A stretch of DNA of 64,000 nt from Squalus acanthias (Eukaryota). The stretch's first letter is position 1, and each line of letters opens with the position of its first letter. This document shows positions 13,578 through 27,025 of this stretch, piece after piece. The position numbers and the translations under genes were made by a program. The notes below the pieces were generated by a model, which saw nothing but the letters and a program-made list of their open reading frames with translations, searched no databases and had not been told where the DNA came from. The stretch covers positions 124,808,001 through 124,872,000 of the forward strand of contig CM059432.1 in the NCBI GenBank assembly GCA_030390025.1. The letters are read 5' to 3'.

Positions 13578-14265
13578 ACACACAGGAACAGGAATAGGCC
13601 ATTTAGCCCCTCGATCCTGTTCTGCCATTCGGTGAGATCATGGCTGATTTGTGACCTAACTCCATATACTTGCCTTTGCCCCATATCCCTTAATACCTTT
13701 GGTTAACAAAAAACTATCAATCTCCGATTTAAAATTAACAATTGACCGAGTATCAACTGTGTGTAGAAGTGTTAACATCACTCCTGAAAGACCTGGTTCT
13801 AATTTTTAGCCTATGTCCCCTAGTCCTAGATTCCCCAATCATCGGAAATAGTTTCTCTCTACCTACCCTATCTGTTCCCCCTTAATATCTAGAAAACTTT
13901 GATCAAATCACCCCTTAATCTTCTAAATTTCAGGGAATACAACCCTTGGAGTCCAGGTATCATTCTAGTAAATCTACGCTGCACCCCCTTCAAGGCCAAT
14001 ATATCCGTCCTACGGTGTGTTGCCCAGAACAGTACTCCTGGTGTGGCCTAATCCAGGGCTTTGTAAACTGTAGCATGACTTCTACCCCATTGTATTCTAA
14101 TCCTCTAGATATAAAGGCCTGCATTCCATTAGCCTTTTTGATTATTTTCTGTACCTGTCCATGACATTTTGATCATCTATGTACATGGACCCCTAAGTCT
14201 CTTTGGACCGTCACTGCTTCTAGCTTTTCACCATTTAGAAAGTACTCTGATCTATTCTTTTTTGA
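13578..14265 (-). mobile_element. CR1 LINE 3' fragment
   Basis: Starts with the reverse-complement CR1 3' end (aggaacaggaataggccatttagcccctcga), followed by decayed ORF2 C-terminus. Confidence 0.8.
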
Positions 14266-14929
14266 ACCAGATGAGGTTTGAGTCCTCATTTTAAAGTCAT
14301 ATGTATTATCCTTATTTTTATTTTTCTATTATAAATTCCTGCGTCAACATCGAATAGAATCGCAACAATAGAATGTGCCTGTGTAAACGCGCCGTGCTGT
14401 AATTACAGCTTCCTGCCAGCAGTGGAATCTGCTGCCGTGCCTCTGTTGGTGGATGAATGAAATTACAACCTGATATATTTACATAGGCAATTTGTTTCAT
14501 TATAAACTTGGACATAGCAATTTGTAATGAAGTGTTGACAGGAAGTGCATGCAGATGTAAGAGTTTTAATATTTTCAATTGATTATTTTTTCAAAAAATG
14601 TTTATTTTTAATTTACCTCAAATGTGTTAAATTTGTAACTGCAAACATGAAATATACAACCTGAGTAGAAGTATTTATATAGCCAGATTTTCTAGCCAAC
14701 TTATTCTATTTTTAATAAATGAAGATGGAAAACAGCCTTGATTTTAAAATATTAATTTCTCAGTTGTTTTGATGAGGCAAATACTGCTGCTTCATTATTT
14801 TATCCCTTTTCACAATTGTGTGTGTCTGAGCAATGTACCATCGACCGCTGAGAGGATGGGTAGGCAATCTGCTCCCAAGCTTTGGAGGTGAGGAAGAGCA
14901 ATTGAGCTATCTTCGCTTACAGTTTCCCT

Positions 14930-17900
14930 CACTTGGAGTGGGAGGGGGAGGATCCAGTTGTCGTGGTCCATGTAGGAACCATCAACATAGTTAGAACTAG
15001 GATTGAGGTTCTGCTGAGGGAGTTTGAGGAGCTAGGATCCAAATTAAAAAGCAGAACCCCAAAGGTAATAATCTCTGAATTGGTACCTGAGCCACACGCA
15101 AATTGGCATAGGGACAAACAGATTAGAGGTTTAAATGAGTGGCTCAAAGAGTGGCATGGGAGGAAGTGGTTCAGTTCATGGAGCACTGGAACTAGTACTG
15201 GGGAAAGAGGGTGTTCCATTGGGACGGGCTCCACTTAAACCGGGCTGGGACCAGTGTCCTGGCGAACCGAATAACTAGGGCAGTAGACAGGGCTTTAAAC
15301 TAATGAAAGGGGGGTGGGAGGATTCAGGAAAGAGTAAATTTAAAAGCAGCAAGAGAAATGTCAAGGCTCTAGAGCAAAGTAGAGCTTTGGGTAAAAATAA
15401 GCAGAGTGGGTCAGGTGGGGACAGAGAGTAACAAAGGTAATAAGGCATCAGTGGCTAAGGTGACATCAGGGAAAAATAGAAATAAGTCAAAGCTAAAGGC
15501 ACTATATCTGAATGCGCGAAGCATTCATAAAATAGATTAATTAATAGTGCAGATAGAAATTAATAGGTTTGATCTAATAGCCATTACAGAGACTGGTTGC
15601 ACTGTGGCCAAGGTTGGGAACTAAATATTCCAGGATACTTAACTTTTAGAAGAGATAGGCAAAATAGAAAAGGAGGAGAGGTAGCCCTGTTTAATAAAGG
15701 GTGGGATAAAGACAGTAGAGAGAAAGGATCTTAGCTCCGAAAATCAAGAAGCAGAATCGGTTTGGGTGGAGCTAAGAAACAGCAAAGGGCAGAAAACATT
15801 GGCGGGAGTTGTTTATAGGCCCCCAAACAGTAGTTGTAATGTAGGGCAGAGTATAAATCAAGAAATTAGAGGTGCGTGTAACAAGGTTAATACAGTAATC
15901 ATGGGGGACTTTAATCTACATATAGACTGGGCAAACCAAATTTGCAGTAATAGTGTGGAGGACGAATTCATGGAATGTATGCAAGATTGTTTTCTAGATT
16001 AGTATGTTGAGGAACCAACTAGGGAACGGGCTATTTTAGATCCAGTATTGGCAACGAGAAAGGGTTAATTAATAACCGTGTAGTAAAGGGTCCTTTAGGG
16101 AAGAGTGACCATAATATGATAGAATTTATTGAGTTTGAAAGTGATTTAGTTAAATCCGAAACTAGGGTCTTAAATCTAAACAAAACAAACTATGTAGCTA
16201 TGAGGGGCGAGTTGGCCAAGGTAGATTGGGAAACTACATTAAAAGTTTTGACGGTAGAGAAGCAATGGCTAGCATTTAAAGAATTAATACATAATTTACA
16301 ACAAATATACATTCCTTTAAGGCACAAAAACCCCACAGGAAAAGTGGTCCAACTGTGGCTAACAAGAGAAGTTTAAAGATAGTATAGATCAAAGGAAGAG
16401 GCTTGTAATGTTGCCAAAAAGAGTAGTAAGCCTGAGGATTGGGAAGATTTTAGAATTCAGCAAAGGAGGACCAAGAAATTGATAAAGAAAGGGAAAATAG
16501 AATATGAGAGCAAACTAGTGAGAGACACAAAAACAGATTGTAAAAGCTTCTATAGGTATGTAAAAAGGAAAAGATTAGCGAAAGTAAATGTGGGTCCCTT
16601 ACAAGCTGAGACAGGAGAAATTATAATGGGGAATAAGGTAATGGCAGAAAAATTAAACAAATATTTTGTGTCTGTCTTCACGGAAGAAGACGCAAAAAAC
16701 TTCACGGAAATAGTAGAGAACCAAGGGCCTAGCGAGAATGAGGAACTGAAAGAAATGAGTATTAGTTAAAAAAAAAATACTGAAAGCTGGTAAACCCCCT
16801 GGACCTGATGGCCTACATCCTAGGGTTTTGAAAGGTGGCTGTAGCAATAGTGGATGCATTGGTTGTCATTTTCCAAAATTCCATAGATTCTAGAATGGTC
16901 CCCACAGATTGGAAGGTAGCAAATATAACCCCACTATTTAAGAAAGGAAAGAGAGAGAAAACGGGGAACTACAGACCAGTTTATGAAAGGGAAATCATGT
17001 TTGACAAATCTTGTTGTTTGAGGTTGTAACTAGCAGAATAGATAAGGGGAACCAGTGGATGTGGTGTATTTGGATTTTCAGAAGGCATTCAATAAGGTGC
17101 CACACAAGAGGTTATTAAACAAAATTAGGGCTCATGGGATTGGGGGTAATATACTAGCATGGATTGAGGATTACTTAACGGACAAAAAATGGAGAGTAAG
17201 AATAAACGGGTCATTTTCGGGTTGGCAGGCTGTAATTAGTGGGGTAATTAGTAGGATGAGGGGACCAAATGTAAAATATCCATGTTTGCTGATATACAAA
17301 GCTGGGTGGGAATGTAAGCTGTGAAGAGGATGCAAAGAGGCTTCAAGGGGATATAGACAAGCTAAGTGAGTGGGCAAGAACATGGGAAATGGAATATAAT
17401 GTGGAGCAATGTGAAGTTATCCACTTTGGTAGGAAAAATAGAAAAGCAGAGTATTTTTTAAATGGTGAGAGATTGGGAAATGTTGGTGTTCAGAGGGACC
17501 TGGGTGTCCTTGTACACGAATCACTGAAAGTTAACATGCAGGTACAGCAAGCAATTAGGAAAGCAAATAGTATATTGACCTTAATTACAAGAGGATTTGA
17601 GTATAAGAGTAAAGACGTCTTACTGCAATTATATAGGGCCCTGGTGAGACCACACCTGGAGTATTGTGTACAGTTTTGGTCTCCTTACCTAAGGAAGGAT
17701 ATACTTGCCATAGAGGGAGTGCAATGAAGATTCACCAGACTGATTCCTGGGATGGGGGGGGATTGTCCTATGAGAAGAGATTGAGTAGCCTAGGCCTATA
17801 TTCTCTAGAGTTTAGAAGAATGAGAGGTGATCTCATTGAAACATACAAAATTCTTACAGGGCTTGACAGGGTAGATGCAGGGAGGATGTTTCCCCTGGCT

Positions 17901-18202
17901 GGGGAGTCTAGAACCAGGGGTCACAGTCTCAGAATAAGGGGTCGACCATTTAGGACTGAGATGAGAAATTTCTTCACTCAGAGGGTGGTGAATCTTTGGA
18001 ATTCTCTACCCCAGAGGGCTGTGGAGGCTCAGTCATGAGTATATTCAAGACAGTGATCGATAGATTTTTGGATATTAAGGGAATCGAGGGATATGGGAAT
18101 AGAGCAGGAAAGTGGAGTTGAGGTAGAAGATCAGCCATGACCTTATTCAAAGGCGGAGCAGGCTCGCGGGGCCAAATGGCCTACTCCTATTTCTCATGTT
18201 CT
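14930..18202 (+). mobile_element. Long decayed CR1 LINE (ORF1 esterase end, EN, RT, tail)
   Basis: ORF1-like VVVHVGTINI...LGSKLKSRTPKVIISELVP; EN motifs GVVYRPPN and IMGDFN; RT YLDFQKAF; many stops, frameshifts and internal deletions. Confidence 0.92.
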
Positions 18203-18244
18203 ACTACCTCCCTCTTAATCACAACATTATTGCCTTAATTGATT

Positions 18245-19305
18245 TTTGCCTCCACTACCATACTGTCAGTCACAAATGACATCTATGATTGTGACCATGG
18301 TGCATTTTCCCTTCTCATTCTCCTCGACCTCTCTGTAGCCTTTAACACTGTCAACCACACCATCCTGCTCCAAATCCTGTCTTCCGTTGTCCAACTCAGT
18401 GGACTGCCCATGCTTGGTTCCACTCTTGCCTATCAAATGTAGCCAGAGCATCTCCAGCAATTGCTTCTCTTCCTGCCCTGCAACATTCCCTCTGGCGCAC
18501 CCCAAGGACCTAGCTTTGGCCCCCTTATCTGCATACTGCCCCATGGCGACATCATCCATTTCCACTTGTACACTGACAACCACCTCTACCTCACCACTAT
18601 CTCTCCCAACCCCTTCACTGCCTCTGTACTCTCAGACTGTTTGTCCAACATCCAGTCTTGGGATGAGTCACAATTTCCTCTAGTTGAATATTGAAGGCTG
18701 AGGCCACCATTTCAGCCATCACCGCAAACTCCATACCCATGCCATTGATTCGATCCCCCTCCTTGGCCGCTATCTCGGGTTGAACCAGACTGTTTGCAAC
18801 CTCAGCGTCCTATTCGACCCCAAGCTGAGCTTCTGACACCATATCCTCTATCACAAAGACCGCCTATTTCCAGAACCTCACTTGCCTCAGCCCATCTGCT
18901 GCGGAAACTCTCACCCATGCCTCGGTCACCTCCAGACTCCACGAGTCGGATGCTCTTCTGGCCAGCCTCCCACCGCTTTGCTCTGTAAACTTTAGCTCAT
19001 CCAGATCTTTGCTGCCTGTATCCTGTCCTGCACCAAGTCCTGCTCACCCATCACTCTTGTCCTTGCTGACCTGCATTGGCTTCCAGTTGTCCAACATTTT
19101 AAATTTAAAATTCACATCCTCATGTTTTCTTTCATGGCCCTGCCTCCTCCAGCCCTACAACTTTGTTCCTCCGATTTGGCTTCTTGCATCCTCCCCTCCC
19201 TTCGCCCCACGATTGGCCACCATACTCTGAAATTCCCTCCCTAAACCCCTCCACCTCCCTCTCCTCCTTCAAGGCTCTCCTTTAAACCCACCTCATTGAC
19301 CAAAT
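18245..19305 (+). mobile_element. L2-type LINE remnant
   Basis: LLILLDLSVAFNTVNHTILL, GAPQGPSFGPL and HLYTDNHLY; pyrimidine-rich L2 composition. Confidence 0.8.
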
Positions 19306-19339
19306 AGAGATATCTAGGGATCACTAATCCAACAGTATT

Positions 19340-19800
19340 TCCCCTCCTGCCCTTCGGAGAAGAGTTGATCTGCACTTAAACCACCCCCTCCCTCAGTAAT
19401 CTTTTTCTACCTTTAAGCCGACTTTCAGTTGTCTCCCCTCTTCTGGAGACATTCATTTCTCGCCTGGGTGCAGTTCCACAGATTTGCATTGCGCACTGGT
19501 ACCTCGCCAAGTGACTGTTCTTCCTATGTGAGCCTTGACTGCAGGGACCATCACAGCAGAGACTGATCCTATCCTTATCCAACATCCACACGTTTGAAGC
19601 AGCATTTTTTCTTGCTCTTTTTCCTAACATTCTTCTCGCCACCCCTTCACCCCCGCCCCCACCCCACCCAACCGAAAGGCAGTTAGGTCCATTGTATCAC
19701 CTCTACTGCCAGCCTGGCTAAAATCATACTCAGCACAGATCAGGCATTTAGCTCTGCAACATCCCTGGCTTAGTTTTTGCTGCCTGAATGAGCTGAGCCT
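19340..19800 (-). mobile_element. LF-SINE-like copy
   Basis: ggttcca-type motif, tggtacctcgccaagtgactgttcttcctatgtgagcct and gcacagatcagg, reverse-complementary to the copy at 43915-44340. Confidence 0.6.
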
Positions 19801-20409
19801 CTGGGGGCCCTTTGCAATCTTATTTTAAATTATTGGTGTAATTAGTATGATTTCCCCCCCCCCTCCCTCAAAAGTAATAGTGAAAATAACCTACCTGGTT
19901 GACTCGATGACTGTGCCGAACAACTGGTAATCTTTTTTTTAAAATACTTGGCAGCTACTGACTTCCCTACTTGGTAACTGGCTAAACCAGTCTGCTTTAT
20001 GTAAGTAACTTGTCTGTCTTCCATGAATTGTTAACACATCTGTTAAAAATTAACTTGATTGTAGCAGTTAAGTAAAATCCGCACTTATTAATAATTCTGC
20101 ATGTGCAATAAGCAGTGAGATGAGTGGAAACATTGTATTTATGAGGTGTTGATAGCTCCAGAAAGTGACTCCCTTCTGCAAATAGAGATATTATAATGGT
20201 CTCTTACTGGCTAGAGTATGAGTATGCTCAAACACGTAAAGTATTATGAGCTATGCAAATTTAAATTTGCATAGCCTAACATGGATGATGCAGTCGCTGA
20301 ATAATCTGTCAGTAAAATTTATCTTTGTCATTGAACAGTTGGTTTGACAAAATGAAGACGTGTTTTGTATATGCCATGTCCTAGATAGATGAGTAAAGTT
20401 TGAATTTAA

Positions 20410-21058
20410 CATTAGGAACAGGAGTAGGCCATTCAGCCCCTCGAGCCTGTTGCACCATTCAGTGAGATCATGTTTCCTAACTCCATCCACCCGCCTTGGC
20501 TCCATATCCCTTAATATTGGCTAGCAAAAATCTATCGATCTCAGATTTAAAATTATTAATTGAACTAGCATCTAATGCTTTTTGTTGGAGAGTTCCACAC
20601 TCCTACCACCCTTTGCATGTAGAAGTTTCCTAACTTCTCTCCTGAATGGCTTGGCTCTAATTTTAAAGTTATGTCCCCTTGTCCTAGACTCCCCTACCAG
20701 CGGAGAAAGTTTCTCTCCCTCTACCCTATCCATTCCTTTAAAAATCCTAAAAACCGCAAATCAAATCATCGCTTAACCTATATTCCAGGGAATACAAGCC
20801 TAGTTTATGTAATCTTTCCTCATAATGTAACCCTTGGTGCCCTGGTGAATCTGCACTGCACTCTTTCCAAGGCCAATATATCTTTTAAGGTGCAGTTATC
20901 AGAACTGTACACAGTACTCCTAGATGTGGTTTAACCAGGGCTTTATATAGCTGTAGCAAAACTTCCCCCCCCCCCCCCCACTTTATATTCTAGCCCCCCA
21001 GTTATACAGGTTAACATTCCATTAGCCTGTTTGATTATTTTTTTGTACCTGACCACTA
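20410..21058 (-). mobile_element. CR1 LINE 3' fragment
   Basis: ggaacaggagtaggccattcagcccctcgagcctg is the reverse CR1 tail, followed by decayed ORF2. Confidence 0.8.
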
Positions 21059-22129
21059 CACCAAACAATGCAAATATAACTGCTTTATTTTCCAGGTCTG
21101 TACAATTATTGTACAGTTACCATTAGCAAAACTGGAAGAAAATGTAATGAAGCCAGTTAAATAATCAAATAACGTATGGATGAAATAGGGAACACTAAGC
21201 GGTTAGAGCAGGAGTGTTGCAATTATTTCGCTAAAGTGTATTAATGGGCATGTAAAATTGTAGCTGCACTATAGGTGTTTTTCCAATTACAGTTTTAGTG
21301 GAGTGGCAGTATTATCTCTCTTTGAACTGTGAAAACTATTCATTGCAATTGCACTGCAAAGAAAGAAAGCCACTGGGAATTAGCCCCAGGTAAAGACTGC
21401 TCCTAAGTGGCAGCAGGATCTGGTTTTGCAAACTAGTAGCTGTGAGGGCTATGAGGGCTATGTTCCATTGTTCAGTTATTGGCCAGTTGACCCAGGGTTT
21501 TGTTTCACAGTTGATTGGATGGTCTGAGACATTCTGCTTGGTTTATATAGTAGAGAGCCATCTACATCTCTAGCATGGAGCAGGCATTCCATGCCCAGTT
21601 TTTATTTTATTACTCCTTTCTGAGTGGAGGTTGAAAGAATATTGAGATTACCTAAACTCATTCTTTGAATGTAGTTGAGTGCCGTATCCCTTGCATATGC
21701 TCCTTAGTGTCTTCTGATCTGAAACCCTTGGAGCTAATTAGAAAAACTGCAGATGTGTAAATCTGAAATGGCAACGCACAATACTGGTAATGTGTTCCCA
21801 ATCAGTCAACATCTGAAAAGTGAAAGATGGGTCAATGTTTCTGGTGCAACCTATATCAGAACTTATGAACACTTTGCTACCCAATGTTTCAACATGTGTA
21901 CTATTGATTTTCCCATTGGACTTAATGTATTTTGCTTGGCCGCCAGATAGGACAGGCATCATTTATGCAAAATATTAGGGCAGAGTTTCCTGTTGTGCTT
22001 GGTAAAGAGGATTGCCTGGGTGCAGCACATAAAAGAAAATCAAGCTATAATGGAGCTCGTCCAATTTGCCATCCATTTAAACTAATAGCCAGAAAATCTG
22101 GTGGGCTCCATTTTGTGCATCCAGTCATT

Positions 22130-22440
22130 CTCGCCTAAGTAGCCATTTCTTAATTTGTGAGTTAAGATGGTGTATTTGATACTGGAATATCACAGCTGAA
22201 CCTAATCCTCTCATCACACCAACATCCACAATATATACTTCCAGCATGCCTCACTGGGTAACTTTCAGGAGTTTGGAACTGATTTTTTTATTTCCTTCTC
22301 CTAGTCTGGGGAACTGAGGCTAAACTGAGCACCACTGTTACTACCCTAGCTTAGATCAGCACAGACTGCAGATAGAACCAGAGGCCTTCTTAGTCTATAA
22401 TGTATTAGGCAGTGCACTTAACAACTGAGCTATCAGCGAC
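22130..22440 (-). mobile_element. LF-SINE-like copy
   Basis: ctcgcctaagtagccatttct...tcacagctgaacctaatcct...gatcagcacagac, reverse of the LF-SINE-like motifs at 43915-44340. Confidence 0.55.
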
Positions 22441-22894
22441 TCAAGTGCATTTTTTTATCTTAAAGGAACATTGTTTCTAGAGAATTAAAAACTTGAAATT
22501 TGGTTATAGGCAAAACTTGGACTTCTCAAACATTGCAGAAGCTTTGTATATTATGGGTGTTAGTTGGAGTCCATGACAAAGTACATGGTCTATGGACGGA
22601 ACAATCGTGATGGGCTAAATTACCTTTCTCGTTGCATGCTTTCTTATGTTCTATTCACTCGTCCAAATCTCCCCCTCCAAAAAACAAACCGGTCAACCAA
22701 TAAGTGGGATCACAGTCGTAGCTCACTGTGTGCAAAGGCTGACTGAATATCTTTAAAAGAGTGAGGAACGAGTACTTAACTTTTCCTTGATGATAAAATG
22801 TTTTTTATTTTTTTTAGTTGAGATTGTGATGACTTGCCGATTGGGTGCATTGACAAAATTGACCATATCTGTTCTTAAACTTTTCTCCCCTCAG

Positions 22895-22993
22895 AATATG
22901 AAGATGGTGATCTGTCCTCATGGGTGAACAAAGAAAGATTCTTAGGCTATGTTTACATTGATGGTTTCACTTTGTATGAACTTGCAGAGACAG
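22895..22993 (+). CDS. TMX3: TMX3 internal coding exon (99 bp)
   Basis: Polypyrimidine-cag acceptor, gt donor; encodes (E)YEDGDLSSWVNKERFLGYVYIDGFTLYELAET(G), matching human TMX3 EYEDGDLSSWINRERF...DGFLLYELGDTG as recalled. Confidence 0.95.
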
Positions 22994-24512
22994 GTACCTT
23001 GCTGTTTCATTTTCTTCCATCTTTGATTTTTTTGTCTTAAAATAACCTGCTTCTTTATAATTTGAAATTGTTCTGAAATAAAATCGCAAAGTCTATATTT
23101 GATTTGGTGCTAGGTTAACAGCCTCGATCCTCGTACCATAAATTCATGGCTTTAGCTAGATTACTGGAGTGAATGGTGAGATGCGTACTCACGGAGAAAT
23201 TGACAGCTGGACTAAGTAAATGAACCTGAAGAACATTGGAACATTGATCTAAAGAGCTCATCATTGTGGAAAATGGCATGTGCGTTGAAGAAACCTAATG
23301 GGTGGCAGGGAGCAAATTTTAAAATGGGGATGGGTACAATACAGCACCATAGAGTGACCGCACAGAGGTTTGCTCTGCCACTTCACTGAGTTTGAAGTTC
23401 CTCTGCTGCAGGGAAAAGCTGTGCTATATGCCATGAGAAATTCTCTTGAGGTAGGGGAGGTTCTGCACCAGGCTTGTGTACCTCCTAGTTGTTTAAATGA
23501 GTAGTTCAGTGCTATCTCATCTACAGGAGAAGGGAAGAAAACTAAAGGAAAAGGCTCATCAACTCAAAAATAGATCAAATCTTACTTTTTTTTTAAACTG
23601 ATAGCTCTTAATTTGATTGTAAAGTAAAATACTCCCAATTTGACAGTGATGTTCTTGAGTGCCTCGAAGTCATGAATTATGTGCTTAACTGCAATGCCAG
23701 GTTTACATTACAGTGCCTGTCCTGTGCACCTTGACTTTCAATCCCAGTAATGTGCATTCTTGCCCTTGGCCTCAGAGTAATACGCCCGATTAGTATCTAG
23801 TTCAGAATTTAGGGTTGCCCTGCCCTCCAAAGCTTATTGGACTTTAATTGACTTGCAAGATTCTGTCTTGTTCCGCTGTTTCATCTGTTTTATGACTTCT
23901 TTTCTGCAGTGTCAGAAATAATTTTGCAGTAATTGTGAAAATCTTGCACACTCCAATCAAACTACCTCAATATACGGAACACTTCAGCAAAAATAAAAAC
24001 ACCTTAGAACATTGTATTGGTCGACAATAGGTGTCTATCATTATAATTGTTTTAATTTATATATAATTGATTTAAATTGACTTGCATTAGCTTAAATTTG
24101 CAGCTAAATGGGGCTTTGTAAATATCAGGACATTTCTGAAAGACATAAAAAAATGGAAAGCCGATGTGAGGAAAAAAAAGTGGGTATAAAGAGACAGAAA
24201 GCAGAAAAAGGAGAGAGCGACAGATTTAAAAAGCAGGGGTGAGAAACAACCTAAAGCTGTCAATAGCCACCAGAAAATCAGATTTAATGACTGGTGTTCA
24301 TGTGTCGGTCATAACAAATGTTAATGTTTCGGATTTTTTGGGGCTGATAGTGTACCTGTTTTTAATAAAACGTGCTCATGCTTGAGAGTGGTGTTCATGC
24401 ATTCTTTAGTTGATTTGAGCTGATTTGGTAGTTAAATTATTTTTTTGAAATTTTAAAATTGTTTTTTGCTTAACAGAATCCTGCACTTCTAACGTCTGCT
24501 TTACTTCTTCAG

Positions 24513-24570
24513 GAAAACTGGTGGTGGTTGCAGTTATTGACGGCAAGAATTCATCCGAGGAGCATGCTAA
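24513..24570 (+). CDS. TMX3: TMX3 coding exon (58 bp)
   Basis: ag/...aa/gtaagg; encodes GKLVVVAVIDGKNSSEEHA; phase matches neighbouring exons. Confidence 0.93.
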
Positions 24571-24586
24571 GTAAGGCGGTATGCCT

Positions 24587-24838
24587 TTGGGTTGTTAACC
24601 CTCCAGAATTGTCCTGGAGTCTCCAGGAATTGCAGATTAATCTACTGGACACTCTCTGAGCAACCTGGGCAAAAAAATCATAGGGGCGTTAAATGAAAAA
24701 CACACAATTTTTTCTTATTAGTTATGAAAATATTGGAGATGGGAAACAAAAGGCTGTTTTACTGGGCAGGGTGGCTGAAGGTAGGAGGTCGTGTGATAAA
24801 ACCTCCAGGAATACATTCAACCAGAGTTGACAACCCGA
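24587..24838. mobile_element. hAT-type MITE with degenerate 8-bp TSD
   Basis: Imperfect TIRs ttgggttgttaac and gttgacaacccga; flanks gtatgcct (24579-86) and gtgtacct (24839-46). Confidence 0.65.
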
Positions 24839-24961
24839 GTGTACCTTCAACAGTACAAGTTCACAGTTGAACATTGCCTAGTATTTGGCACTGTACTCTT
24901 AAACCTGACACCTTTACAATGATTTTTTTTCACGTGTTGGAACGGAGTAGATTTTTTTTGT

Positions 24962-27025
24962 AGATATTCCATTGAGAAACAAAAACGCCACGGGAAAAGT
25001 GATCCAACCGTGGCTAACTAAAGAAGTTAAGGATAGCATTAGATTGAAAGAAGAAGCTTATAGTGTTGCACAGAATAATAGTAAGCCTGAGGATTGGGAG
25101 AGTTTCAGAAACCAGCAAAGGTTGACCAAAAAATTGATATAAAGGGAAAAAATAGAATATGAGAGAAAACTAGCAAGAAATATAAAAGCAGATTGTAAGA
25201 GTAGCTACAAGCATGTAAAAAGGAAAAGAGTAGCAAAAGTAAATGTTGGTCCCTTAGAGGCTGAGACAGGAGAAATTATTATGGGGAATAAGGAAATGGC
25301 AGAAACATTAAACAAATATTTTGTATCTGTCTTCACAGTAGAAGACACAAAAAACATACCAAAAATGGTGGGGAACCAAGGGTCTAATGAGGGTGAGGAA
25401 CTTAACGTAATTAATATAAGTAGAGAAAAAGTACTAAAGAAACTAATGGGACTAAAAGCCGACAAATCCCCTGGACCTGACGGCCTACATCCTAAGGTTC
25501 TAAAAGAGGTGGCTGAAGAGATAGTGGATGCATTGGTTTTGATCTTCCAAAATTCCCTAGATTCTGGAATGGTCCCAGCGGATTGGAAGGTCGCAAATGT
25601 AACAGCGCTATTCAAGAAAGGAGGGAGAGAAAAAACAGGGAACTACTGGCCAGTTAGCCTGATATCAGTCGTCGGGGGAAAATGCTGGAATCCATTGTTA
25701 AGGAAGTGGTATCAAGTCACTTAGAAAATCATAACATGATTAGGCAGAGTCAACATGGTTTTATGAAAGGGAAATCGTGTTTGACTAATTTTGAGGATGG
25801 AACTAGCAGGGTAGATAAAGGGGAACCAGTGGATGTAGTATATTTGGATTTCCAAAAAGCATTCGATAAGGTGCCACATAAAAGGTTATTACACAAGATT
25901 AGGGCTCATGGGGTTGGGGGTAATATAGTAGCATGGATAGAGGATTGGTTAACTGACAGAAAACAGAGAGTAGGGATAAACTGATCGTTCTCAGATTGGC
26001 AGGCTATAACTAGTGGGGTGCCGCAAGGATCAGTGTTGGGGCCTCAGCTATTTACAATCTATATTAATGACCTAGATGAAGGGACCGAGTGTAATGTATC
26101 CAAGTTTGCTGATGATATAAAGCTAGGTAGGCCAGTAAGCTGTGAGGAGAACACATCTGCAAAGGGACATGGATAGACTAAGTGAGTGGGCAGTAAGGTG
26201 GCAGATGGAGTATAATATAGGGAAATGTGAGGTTATTCACTTTGGTAGGAAGAATAGAAAAACAAAATATTTTTTAAATGGTGAGAAATTTTCAAATGTT
26301 GCTGTTCAGAGAGATTTGGGTGTCCTCGTGCAAGAAACAGAAAGCTAGCATGCAGGTACAGCAAGCAATAAGGAAGGCAAATGACATGTTGGTATTTATT
26401 GCAAGGGGGTTGGAGTATAAGAGTAAGGAAGTCTTGCTACAATTGTACAGGGCCTTGGTGAGACCACACCTGGAGTACTGTGCACAGTTTTGATCTCCTT
26501 ATCTAAGGAAGGATATACTTGCCTTGGAGGCGGTGCAACGAAGGTTCACTAGATTGATTCCTGGGATGAGAGGGCTGTCCTATGATGAGAGATTGTGTAG
26601 AATTGGCCTATATTCCCTGGAGTTTAGAAGAATGAGAGGTGCTCTCATTGAAACATATAAGATTCTGAAGGGGATTGACAGGGTAGATGCTGCGAGGTTG
26701 TTTCCCCTGGCTGGAGTGTCTAGAACTAGGGGTTTTAGTCTCAGGATAAGGGGTAGGCCATTTGAGACTGAGATAAGGAGGAATTTCTTCACTCAGAGGA
26801 TTGTGAATCTTTGGAATTCTCTGCCCCAGAGAACTGTGAATGCTGAGTCTTTGAGTATATTCAAGGCTGAGATAGATAGATTTTTGGACTCTAGGGGAAT
26901 CAAGGGCTATGGAGATTGAGCGGGAAAGTGGAGTTGATGTCAACGATCAGCCATGATCTTATTGAATGGCGGAGCAGGCTCAAGGGGCCGTATGGCCTAC
27001 TCCTGCTCTTATTTCTTATGTTATG
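24962..27025 (+). mobile_element. 5'-truncated decayed CR1 LINE
   Basis: KSPGPDGLHPKVLKE, QHGFMKGKSCLTN, LVRPHLEYC and CR1 3' tail; several frameshifts. Confidence 0.92.

Noticed and set aside
1..22894. Upstream TMX3 exons (e.g. the one encoding PAVLVFKD...YD) or another host gene
   Set aside because: I found no spliceable segment with TMX3-like peptide by eye. They probably lie upstream of the window, but a short exon could have been missed.
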